Positions 22,931-35,343 of a DNA stretch of 64,000 nucleotides are shown here, piece by piece. A program made the translations under genes and the position numbers. Under the pieces are notes generated by a model. The model saw only the letters and a program-made list of their open reading frames with translations, did no database searches and was not told the origin of the DNA. Location of the stretch: assembly GCF_006345805.1 (NCBI RefSeq), contig NC_043003.1, positions 92,380,001 to 92,444,000 on the forward strand, in the 5' to 3' direction. How positions within the stretch are numbered: the first letter of the stretch is position 1; every line of letters begins with the position of its first letter. This DNA is from Octopus sinensis (lineage: Eukaryota).

Positions 22931-25097
22931 GTTCTTAAGTAGTACCCAAACACGAATATTATATTAGGAGTTTCGAGATTAGAGACGAGTCTGGCTTTTA
23001 GAGCATGCATGCATACACCCAGACATGAGTGTGGTGCAGGACACGCCTCGCAAATCAATCTGTGAAAAAAACATTAAGTCACCCTTTCTTCCAACCGATG
23101 ACTCGAGGCGGCACCTTGGGCAAACACTAACAAGCTTTCTTGCTACCTACGTCAGGGTTACGATGAACTTCCAAGGCCCGGCAGAACAGGCAGGAAGGGG
23201 TCACATAGTTTCAACGGCTATCAGAGTGGATGAATGATGGGGAGAAAAGATGCTACCTTTAATCGTTTTGGACTCATAGCCATTACAAAATCGTGACGAA
23301 GGACTGAAGTGTAGCAGCCTCTCCACGCTAACCAAAAACAGATGCCCTCCAGATAATGGATCCAGCATAGGCTTCCAGGTATCCTATTCTTTAAGGAATT
23401 ACCGGTGACATACACATAAATTTTGGACGCAGGTATACTTCTAATTGCAACGTTGCTTAAACACACTAGTGAGCCATTACCGGTCCACCTGAGTGGACTA
23501 TCTCCTTGTTGTTTAACCCAAATCACCTCCGATCGAGCAAATATATGATCAAAGCCACTGCAGCCGTACAAGATAACTCTGGAATTGATTATCCAATGTA
23601 TCAGTTTAAGAGACGAGTAGGTTAATTTGAGGGAAATTTTGGCTTTTGTTCTAGCAGTCGAGCGACAACGCGGAAGCTCTCTTGTTTGAATGACTCGTTG
23701 TAAGCAAAGACAACAGTTCAAAATTAACGAATGTTCTGTTTGTAGTACTGAGTTGAACCTTGTGTGTGTGTGTGTACGTGCCAACAGGTACTCTAACTAC
23801 ATCTTCATGACGGTACCCTTTCAACCCTTCCATTGTTCAACTGACAAAACGCAGTACTGAATGCGGTGAAAACAGGTTTATATTTCATATATAGTTACAT
23901 TAAATATTACGAGTTTTGTTTTTAAATTGTATTTACATTAACTAACAGAAAGTAATACAAACAAATTGTCTATTTATATATAACAAAGGCAATAGGGAAA
24001 ATAGAAATTTTCAATACTTTTTTAGGCTTTTTACAGCACAGTAAATCTGGAATTTGAAAAAAGCAAAAACCTCTGAAACTCTGTAAATGCCTTTAGTATG
24101 TACCCTATTTTGCTTAAATGCTGGGGTGTGTGTGTGTGTGTATATGTATATATATTTGTGTGTATCCCCGAATATTGGGAACACTTTAAACGAAATCCTT
24201 TAGATGACAAATTAACAGGGGGATAACATTAAGCAATTAAAAAGTCAGAGTAATTTTGATAGCATTCACCGATAAAATTCTTAGTGGTATATCTTCTGCG
24301 TTCAAATATCGCCGACGTGAACTTCGCCGTTCACCCTTAAGGGAATCAATAAAATTAAGCATCAGTCAAGTACTGGGGCCGATGTAACCGACTAAACTTC
24401 TCCCCTTAAAATTGCCGGTCTCGCACCAGAATTTAAAAGTTCTAAGAGGTTTCCACCATATGTCTACACACACACACGTATATATATATGTATGTATATA
24501 TATTCACACACACCTACACAATTAATCGATATAGGTGTGTATGAAAGGGAGAAACATAAATATTACATACACTGCGAGAGTTAAGTGACATGGTGGTTGT
24601 GATGAAAACAGAAAAAAATTTAATGAAAAGATTGACACCTTTCGCTACTGCTTTAATTAGGACCCCCTATTTCTCACTGTCACCGCCCTCGCCCTGTCAA
24701 ACAAACAGTTAGTTTTAAAATTTGTACATATAAAACGACCAATGTAACAAATTACTAACACGAGGATGGGCGACGTGAAAGAAACAGTTTAAAAGGAAGT
24801 GAACGAGGTAATAAATATGTGTGTGGGTTTTCTTTTTTTTCTTTTTACACCCAAATCTGACTACAATGGTGTGTTGTTCAGGTAAATATTACTGGACATA
24901 AAAGAGAATATTGAAACAGACAAATGCACACCTGGTCGTAGAGACTGATCATTACTGACAATTAATGGAAGAAGGGTGTAACTTTTTAAACTTTAAATAA
25001 ATGTATAAAAAGTTGTATATAATAATTACTATAATTAATTTGTGTACTGAGTATTTCTCTAGTCTGAATATTATAACAGAAATGATTTTATCCAGAG

Positions 25098-25149
<52 letters not shown>

Positions 25150-25257
25150 AATGTATACATCTATTTACAAACATCCCCATATATGTATATATTTTGGTAT
25201 AAATTAGCGTGTGTACATTACAGGCATATATTTCTATACAAATATACCTATATATAT

Positions 25258-25289
<32 letters not shown>

Positions 25290-25540
25290 CATACACACAT
25301 TTATACACACAAGCGTGTAAATCATCTATATAGGATATATGTAAACATATACCTACATGTATAAATGTTTTTAAAGACGTATATACAAGTGTGTGTATAT
25401 ATACATCTATATATATAAACACGTATATACATGTATGTATATATACATATAAGTATATACATATATATATATAAACACACGTATATACATGTGTATATAT
25501 ATATAGTTAGATAGATAGATAGATGAGGTTTTTAACTCAC

Positions 25541-25756
25541 CATATTCTTGCTGCCCTGATCTACAGGTTTGTAGTTGTATGGCGCGGCTATATTCCGACT
25601 TTGTGGTGGTATGACAGTGTTTGTAGGCCGTGAGACAACATAATACTGTTGATGTTGTTGCTGAAAATATTGCTGCTGCTGATGGCCGGTAACATGTCCA
25701 GGTGACGACAGCATAGTAGCGGGATACAGGTGAGAGGAGACGGGACTGGTGGACAT
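25541..25756 (-). CDS. Probable first coding exon of an unidentified host gene (MSTSPVSSHLYP...QQQQYFQQQHQQYY...YNYKPVDQGSKNM)
   Basis: ATG in aaaATG context with an in-frame TAA 10 codons upstream; 72 open codons of natural low-complexity Q/P/Y/S composition; ends exactly at a consensus donor ATG|GTGAGT (phase 0); possible acceptor TAG/CAG near 25863-25867. No recognisable domain. Confidence 0.65.
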
Positions 25757-28141
25757 TTTAATTGACGACTCAAATAGTGTTCGTTAGATACTATCATAGT
25801 TTTGTATGTATTCCAAGTTTTGGCCAATAAAACGTTAGAAGTTTGGCCTAATCCTGTTCTCTCTGCTACAGGTTGTTATACAGAAATCCTTAATGTTAAT
25901 TCCTTGAACTAAAATATCGTTTTAACAATTAATAATGGAAAGCATATTTTTCTGTTGGTTTTTGTTTTCTTTCTTTTACCACACGTGAAATGTATAAAAA
26001 TGATTTCCTTGTAAAGCTTCAGGATAGTATTAAATGGTATGGGAAAAGCCCCAACTTATTTTCAGTCCATTCCCTCTGTTTTATATTGAGGTTCTAACCG
26101 AACTAAAAACTCTATAGGGCACTCATGAAAAGTTTCGTTAAACTGTTCATTATATCAGTGTTTTATAACCATAATTTAAAATCAGCCGTCTAATTATTAC
26201 TTCGTGCTTAAAATAATAATAATATTAATAAAACACAACCTATATCTTTGATGGCTGATTTACAAGTGAAGAAAGAAGCTAAACTAACAACTGAGCAGCA
26301 AGCCAATATATCCAGCACTGCTGCTGTTACTACACCTTGCTATCATAACCACAGTGACGACCTGACTTGTCCCCGTTTTTCATAGTTTCCTCCTTCTCTC
26401 TTTCATTTACTAAGTAACGGCGGGAGTTTAAGGGACTCTCATGCTTGTTTCTAGGGAAAAGAACTAAGGCTGTCTTCCCTGACTTCGTATCTGTTGCTGA
26501 GGTAGAAAAAGAGAAAGGGAACAGGGTCGGCTAACAAAACTAAGATAGTATGAAGTTCTCTGAGACACGAGCAGGTAAAATTTATTAACAGCAGCAGCAG
26601 TGACAGCAGCAACTCAACAGGTCGGTTAAAGAGAATGTGTCGGTCGTCTGTTTTCTAATGCAATCGATTACAATGCTACACTCACTGTTATGTGTGTGTG
26701 TGCGCGCGCGGACGAGTGCTCACGTTTTGTGGAGTACTTTTAACAGTCAAGAAATTCTGAGTAACGACTGTGGATGCCTTTGACCGTTAATGGATATATG
26801 TATATAGTTATAGATATACATATATGTGCTAATATATAAGCATGCCTATATATATGTGTGTGTATGTGTGTGTGTATTATACACACACGTATATATAAAC
26901 AGTTTTATGTATATATATATAGTTATAGATATACATATATGTGCTGATATATAAGCATGCCTATATATATGTGTGTGTGTATTATACACACACGTATATA
27001 TAAACAGTTTTATGTATGTATATATAACACATATATAAACACACACACATATATATATATGGATGGGTGGGGTTCGGGTTGTAGGTTTTTATTTATATAT
27101 AAATATGCTAACAGAATACATGAGTCGATACAGAACGCGAAATAGAAAATGTGCTCTCGATAGAAAGAGAATGAATGATAAAGTAAACGGTGAGAGAGAC
27201 AGACAGAGCGAGAGCATATCTGTGTTGGAGCGATGTTTGAATGAAATTGCTTTCATCTCTCTTATATGTGTGTGTGCGCGCGTGTGCATACACACGCATT
27301 TATATCGATCCCACCTCTGTCTTTCCCTCTGCATGTCTACTGCTTTACTAAAGAGAACAGTTATACATTTTTTGCAGAGAAGAGGATGTGTGAAAAAAAA
27401 CTGAGAGTGGGGTACGGAGATGTCTGCTTTTCTCTACATTAATCCTCTCTCTCTCTCTCTGTCTCTCTCTCTCCAGTGCACCGTGTGTGTACCTTTTGTA
27501 AATCGACAGTTGCGGAAAGTTTTGCTTACAAGCAACCGGCTGAGCACACACGCAATGCGGCGGCAAAGCTTTGTGCCCCACCTTGCAGCCGCACCAACGT
27601 GTCTTTCTGTAACAACTCTTAAGGAACGTTCTTTTTTGGGGCGGACATAAAGAATACGTACACCACCCGTTTTCGGCATAGCAAAAACCCTAACCCCAAA
27701 CCCTAACTCTAAACCCTAACCCTAAACACCGGATGTTCGTATTCTTTACTTTCGCCCTTTTTTGTTTATTTTCCCCATTAAAAATTACGAAAATTAATGT
27801 TTCAAATACGTCGTGATGAATGAAAGTACAGACATATCTCAACTTACGTCGGAAGTCGATTCCATGATGTGGGACTTATATGAAAATACGACATAACAAG
27901 AAGAAGAAACAAAAAAAAATATTCATTTATATCTTTGTTTCAGTCATTAAACTGCGGCCTTGAAGAATTTTTTATTTGAATGAATTGACCCCCAGTACTA
28001 ATTTTTTTAAAGCCTGGCACTTATTCTAGCAAACTGTTGCCAAAACGCTAAATTATGGGTTGTAAACACGCCAACACTGGTTGTCAAACAGTAGTGGAAC
28101 GACACACACACTTGGGTCAAAACGAAAGAGTGCCTACATAT

Positions 28142-28172
<31 letters not shown>

Positions 28173-28342
28173 TACACACACACACACACACACACAAAGA
28201 TCAAAATGTTCATAATCGCTGAAACACCTAAAACAACAGGATAGTTACAGCTGGACTGGCTTTGATCCTTATTCTGTTCGATCGGGGCTAATCAGTGTCT
28301 GAACATCAACAATAAAAAGTTTCTGATGACTAATATTTAAGT

Positions 28343-28710
28343 ACTAGCACTATGACCCGGCGTTGCCGGGTCATAGTGCTAGTGCATGCATATACAGCTG
28401 CGTGCGTGCGCACATACACGCGAGTACTGTCCAAATCTCCGACCAATCACATACAGCTAGCTGGCATTCAATTTGCATATCAAGTTTTGGCCATTTTGAT
28501 TGGGTTTTGGATAGAAAATTCACAAAAAAGTCACTTCTACTGGTTTTTTAATGGCTTTGCAGGGTGACTGGGGAAATGTAAAGATGTGCACGACCACACT
28601 TGGACGGTTTTGAATGACCATAGAAAGTGCGAGCCCTCTAACCGAAAAATTGTGGATTTGTATAAAGGACACATACACACACAGACATTTTGCCGTTTAT
28701 ATATAGAGAT
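28343..28710 (+). mobile_element. Non-autonomous Helitron/Helentron-like element
   Basis: Starts ACTAGC with a perfect 19 bp hairpin (28343-28383); ends cacacacagacattttgccgtttatatatagagat, a terminus pattern typical of such elements; no TSD seen. Confidence 0.55.
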
Positions 28711-29413
28711 TACTCGGGCTCTGCCAGACAGAGATTAAACTATTGATAACCGTTGAAACACGAAACTCAGAGCGCGTTGGACTGAAAAAAGATTAAAAGC
28801 TTAATCAATCAAAATACAGTAAATAAAATGTATTGCCGATAGCAAAATACACAAAGGAGCTGCTTAAAAAAAGTTGTTCATAGGAAGCTTTAATCCCATG
28901 TTCCATTCTGGATAACATCTAAAGTTATAATTCATTTGTTTGATTTATAATTATCTTTTGACGTCGAAGTATCTCAGAAAAGCAGCTCTACAGTTTTTAA
29001 ATTACATAAATTACAAAATCTAAAAAGGCTGTCGTTGATTAGAGGAGATATTTGATCGAGGGTGTCTAAAATGTGATCACTTCACCTTTCACTTTTTGTT
29101 TTGAGGTGGAGGAGGGGTAAATGGCCAATATACTGTTTCTGGTCTTGTTTAGTGAATAATATTTAAAACATATTCTTCGACATTTTGAGAATTTTACTTT
29201 TCTGAGAATATCCTCTTTAAAGGTAAGCAGAAGGATGGAACTTGATAAATTTTTCTAGTGATATCTTATGTAGTTTCCGAAATAGGAGCTGAGGTAGACT
29301 GTTCCAACGTACTACATTCAACAACGAACACAATAGTGGCTTACGTATCGAAACGTGATAGCTAACACAACTGCATGTGAGCAATGCAATAATCCTGCAC
29401 GACTAATGAGCTG

Positions 29414-29809
29414 GGATCTTTTCGGTTTGAACGGCAGTTTTTAACATAATTTCTAGGTAACTAAAAAATTTTAAACTTCGTATACTGGTAGAATGTGTTT
29501 ATAAAACATCTTTTTCTCTTGGCTTTATTGAGAAAATTCTATGGTTTGTAAGATATTTGTTGTTGTTTTTCTTCAATTTCTGCAATTTCAACCAATCACT
29601 GACGTCTATTGAGGTGAAAAAACATTCTGTGCCGCATGAATATGTCCCTCGTTTAAGAAAAAAGATACATTTCCCGACACCCCTAACCCTAACTAACCCT
29701 CACCCTAAAACAGATTGAAATGCAATAGATCGATATTAGGGTCATAATTATGGGTAACAATTTCATATGACACCGCTAGAAAAAACTGCCGTTCAAACCG
29801 AAAAGATCC
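29414..29809 (+). mobile_element. TTAGGG-bearing MITE, full copy
   Basis: TIRs ggatcttttcggtttgaacggcagttt / aaactgccgttcaaaccgaaaagatcc; internal ccctaa repeats. Confidence 0.9.
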
Positions 29810-31262
29810 TTTACATAAAATTATTAGGTTTTACTATCGTCACCTCCGGTCAATTTATTTACATTTGTTTAAACCCCTAAACTGCATGTTAATCAAAGTG
29901 CCAGTCAGTGATTTCTTTCCACTACAGACACAAGGTCTGACATTTTGGAGAGAGGGCTAGTCCATTATCGACCTCGATAGAATGAAAGGCGAAGTCGACC
30001 TCTGCAGAATTTGAACTCAGAACGTAAAGCCAGAAGAAACGCTGCTAAGCACTTTTGTCCGGCGTGCTAACGATTCTGCCAGCTCAGCGCCTGGTAACAG
30101 TCAATAATTGAAATCGATTTAAGTGACGCCCCACTCAGCCAAAATATATTTTCCTGTGTCATCTATATTCTAGGTCAGTACAGATAGTGCAGACACGGCT
30201 GTGTGGTAAGTAGTTTGCTTCCCAACCACATGGTTCCGGGTTCAGTCCCACAGTGTGAATCCTCGGGCGAGTGTTTTCTACCATAACCTCGAGCCGATCA
30301 AAGCCTTTTCAGTGGATTTGATAGACAGAAACTGAAAGAAACCCGTCGTATATGTGTTTATGTTCTCCACCACCTCTTGACAATACGGTGTTGTGCTTAC
30401 GTCACCGGAATTTAGAGACATAGAATAAGTAACTGGTTTAAAAAGAAAGTACCGGGGTCGATTAGTTCGACTAAAATTCTTCAAGGCGGTGCCCCAGCTT
30501 GACCGCAGTCTAATGGCTGAGCCAAGATAAACGATAAAAAAAAAGAGATTGAGTAAAGCAGGTTTCGTTCCACTACACTCAATTTGAGGCGAAAACGACT
30601 ATTTTTGTTAGTTTTATTAGTATTCCAAACATGTACTTAATAATTAACAGATTGAAATGAAAAGCAATCTAAGGAAAAGAGGCTGTATCGTAGTTCGTTT
30701 CAATTAACTTTAATCAAACATGTTGAGTGATTTGATCGTTTGATAAACCACAAATTACCGGGAGAATTCTTTAGCCATTCCTTTGTTTTTTTATTTTATT
30801 TTAATGAACACAGGTTGTCAGTCGAAGCTAATTATAAATGAGTTTGGAGATATTGTCTAAATGTTTCTTAATGGCCGACGGGACACCAGCAACAACGTAA
30901 ACAGATTGTGGTTAGGAGCCACTAAGATAGGACTTTCTACCCGGTTGATCTACTTACTGGAAATAGCCGTCGAATCGCCAGAGAAACATATCCAGTCGTC
31001 TTAAAGGAGGAAGGATTTATTGAATAATGTAAGCCAAGGTATAGACGTATGCTAAAAGATACAATATAAGCCAAGAAATAGATATATGATTTTTTTTTAA
31101 AATAGACGAAGCAGTTAGTCATTGCTACTAGAATATCCTTCTTAACTGAGGATAAATGACAAGAACGGTATATGTGACTGTATGTGGATTTGCATATATA
31201 TATATGTGTATGTATGTGTTCATATATATATATATATGATATATATGTGTGTGTATGTGTTC

Positions 31263-31327
<65 letters not shown>

Positions 31328-31382
31328 ATATATATATATATGATATATATATATGTATGAATGTGTTCATATATATATATAT

Positions 31383-31477
<95 letters not shown>

Positions 31478-32132
31478 GCGAAATCTGATGGTGTTTAAAT
31501 GAATACAATGTTGGTAAATATAGGATGTTAGCAACTTCTATTGTTTAAGTGTACAGAACAATGTATGCTATTTATTACGATATTACTAACACATAGGTAA
31601 CTGTTCATTTAGTTTTTAAAATAATGTCACCCAAATTTTCCCATTGTTTCACCCACGTACTTGTAAACCTAACCTAGAAGTCCTGCATTACTCATTACAT
31701 CATGTCTTGAGAATCTGCCGAAGTTTCCTTACTTACTCATAGCAGTTTTCAGTTTATCCGGGTTTTGACATACATTTTCCCCTTCAGGGGGCATCAAGGC
31801 AATGCTCACAAGCCGAAAATTCGAACGATTGAGCTGGTCGTAGAATATCATTTTCTACTCGTTAACATATAAAGACAAAGGTAATTTCTTAAACTTAGAT
31901 ACGTTTCGACCAAAATTGGCTCAGGCTACACCTAACTTATTAACTCCACCTGTTAGAATGTATCAAGTCATGTTTTAGCCAAGCTTTGTGTCATCATAGC
32001 CTATTGATGTAGGGACCCCAAGCACTGGGTAGCAAAGAAAGAATAGCTTTTAAAATTTTATTTCTATTCTATTTGAATGTCGCAGTCTGCAGGGTATTTT
32101 GGGTATTATATATGTATTATATGTATGTGTGT

Positions 32133-32168
<36 letters not shown>

Positions 32169-32760
32169 CGCGCGTGCGTGTGCTTTCTAGGCAACTACAG
32201 GATTAACTTTACCTTTCATCCTTTCGGGGTTGATAAAATAAGGACCAGTTGAACACTGGGGTTGATGTAAATAGCAACCATGATCTGACTCTAAAACCAC
32301 CTTAATTGTCCATATATCAACACGGAGATAAAACAGAGAGACAAGATGAAACTAGTAAAAAATTACTGGATAATTCTAGATCCCGGATTTCTAGCTTTGC
32401 ATTTAGTAATGCTTTGCCTCGTCAGTAGAATACACACAGAAGAGAAACATAAATACATATATAAGCACAACATACGAATACTTACATATACGAACGTATA
32501 CCCACATATATATGCACGTATGCATCATGGCCAGTTCAAATTAAGGTGGTTTTAGAGTCAGATCATGGCTGCTATTTTCAGCATGATTGTATCTCGTAGA
32601 TACCCTAATTTATAATTTTAATATTTATTACCTTTGAAGGTTATTAATTAATAATTATATTAATTACCTCTCCATTTTCTCTTCATTCTGTATATGTATA
32701 TATCTATCTATGTATATATGTATATATGTATACATACATACATACACACACACATATATA

Positions 32761-32820
<60 letters not shown>

Positions 32821-32823
<3 letters not shown>

Positions 32824-33015
32824 GGAGTAAACACATAAATGTGAAACAAGGTGGAAACAGAGTACTCAAATACCAGTGGTAGAGTAATATGCTTTATTTA
32901 AAGCAGCAGAAAATTCAACAAAACCTGTTACTCTGAGTTTCCCGTTGCCGTTCATGAACGGCAACGGGAACTTAGAGTAACAGGTTCTGTTGAATTTTCT
33001 GCCGCTTTAAATAAA

Positions 33016-33016
<1 letters not shown>
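32821..33016. repeat. Fold-back palindrome (about 62 bp arms) in a PLE-terminus-like fragment, embedded in (TA)n
   Basis: 32892-32954 and 32955-33016 are reverse complements with 1 indel and 3 mismatches; centre ttcatgaa. Confidence 0.9.
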
Positions 33017-33093
<77 letters not shown>

Positions 33094-33578
33094 ATAATAT
33101 ATATATATATATCTACACCATTGGAAATTGTGCATCTATACAAAGGATTAATTCACCCTCTCTGTAATGCTAATAAGCAGGAATTGGGACCCACCTCGTT
33201 GTGATTAACAATGGATAAATTTGTCTTCTGTGAGTATGTAATCCCTCATCATATCTCTGGAAATTCATATGTGCACTATGGATTAGGTCACCTTCTCTGT
33301 GATGCTATTAAAACCTTTTTAAAATTCTGTGATAAGACTGTACATCATCTTTAAAGAACTTTAATGAACTTTGGAAATCTGTTTGTGTTACTTAATTATC
33401 TACATTACTTCATGAGTATAGCCTCAACCACTAGGATGTCTAGAGAACTCACATGTATTTTAGCTGATGAGTACGGGACACGTTTATATGCTGTAATTTT
33501 TGCAACTTTTAATAAAGCCTGTCCTTGTATGAAACGATTGTACTAAAAACCTATCCATTCTTGTTGCTTCTTTCTCGC

Positions 33579-33644
<66 letters not shown>

Positions 33645-34564
33645 GTACACACATATACGTACAGTCGAAGATCCTGTCGCAAGGTGCCGCGTAGTGTGAC
33701 TGAACCTGAAACTTTGCGATTGGAAAGCAAACTTCTTACTACACGGCCACCCATCGCTGCTCGCGCACACATGCGTAGAACCGTTTCCAGTTACCTCCCG
33801 GACAGAACTGTCAAAATGAGAGTGCGACAGGAAGGTAGTAGGAAAGAAGGTATCAGGTTAAGTTCAAAACTGCCAGGGGGATGGGGGGCAAGGCACAAGT
33901 AACCTTGTACTGAACGATAAAATCGAGGGGAATGATGGATATTTTTTCTGCCTTCTTTTTGCGCTCTCCTAGCGTGAATTTTGATTAATGGCTCTTTTCC
34001 CGGGCACATACACACACACACACAAACACACACACATAGTCACATAAACATTACAGTGCTATGGTGTTTACAACCAAATAACCTTCCACTAGTGGCAAAG
34101 CTTTGATGAACGGTTAACATATAAAATAGACGAATGTCTGTCAGTTTATCTGTCACTCACGAATTTGGCTTTTATTTCCTAAATTTGTTTGTGTCTTATT
34201 TTTCACACTGGTACCTGAAGATGAATAGCCATTAAGAAACAATGTAAAAAGAAGAAAAATACAAATAATCCAATATGAATGGACTGATAAGATAGAGAAG
34301 AACTATACGATACGAAACCATTAGTTTAAAAGGTCACGTTACCTCAACTGGGATTTTGGGGTTTTTTTTATCTTCTCCCATCCTTTTTATTACTAGAGCC
34401 AAAAACATTCAGACAAGAGTTTGGATAACACAAAGCGTAGCTGATTTAATCACCCATGAAAAGATAAGAGAATCTGCCACACGATACATAAATTTCTAAA
34501 GAAATCTGTAATTGTACAATTCTCTAGATGAAAATATTTGTAACGTTGCGGTGGGTGACTATAT

Positions 34565-34985
34565 GTGACTGAACTCACAATGCCCCGTGAGGATAGACTT
34601 CACATTTTTCCCCAACTGAAGAAAGTCAAATACCAGGATTTAGTTGAGGAGGCTCTTATGAAAAGCATTCACTTTTGAAGTCGGCTGCCGCGGTTTTAAC
34701 GCAAGTTCAATGCACTCTTTCTGCAGAAGATTGGTTTGGAATTCACACAAGTGGAGAAAGCTAGCAAGGAGATAGGCATGGCAGCTGAAACTAGCTCAAG
34801 GTGGTTGTGATTGACAAGAGACTGCAGCTGGATCCCTCTTGCAAGCGAAAGCTAATTTAGTCCTCACTGCCCAACTCTGGCGAAGCGTAAATTTGAGGAG
34901 CGAAACGCTTTGTGACCCTGAGATACGTGCTAACGTGGCGGAAGTGTTTCCTACGTTGCAGTGGGTTTAGTCATCATCAGACGAA
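34565..34985 (+). mobile_element. 3' fragment of an RLE-type non-LTR retrotransposon (HERO/R2-superfamily-like)
   Basis: Frameshifted ELTMP.E...KKVKYQDLVEEA, FEVGCRGF (34674-34697) and KEIGMAAETSSRWL match the restriction-like endonuclease C-terminus of HERO-type elements; remainder is putative 3' UTR. Confidence 0.75.
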
Positions 34986-35052
34986 AAGCGTGCAATATCT
35001 CTAAATAGTTTTTGCAGTTTTTGCGGGAAGCAAAGCATTTGTAATGTTTGTT

Positions 35053-35343
35053 TTAATGATTCTCAACCATTTTTTGTCTATGGACCCCTTTGGTTATTAT
35101 TTTATTCTGGTGGTCCCTCATAGCCATTCAAAGCTTAAAAACTAATTTTATAGATACTTCTTCCAAAATTACTATTTTGTCCATCACACAATTACTTGTG
35201 TAGGTCGAATTATGTAAAACGTTAGAGAAAGAAACCTAGCTGTTTCTTGCAATAAATACATCGATTGCAAAATATTTTCATGGACTGTTTTGCTTCTGTG
35301 GGCCCCCTAAAATCTTATATGGACCCCGGTTGACAACCACTGG
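35053..35343. mobile_element. hAT-type MITE, decayed
   Basis: gattctcaacc ... ggttgacaaccactg ends resembling CAGTGGTTCTCAACC TIRs. Confidence 0.55.

Noticed and set aside
26790-27060. About 115 bp direct duplication of TA/TG-rich sequence
   Set aside because: Low-complexity slippage product with no further structure.
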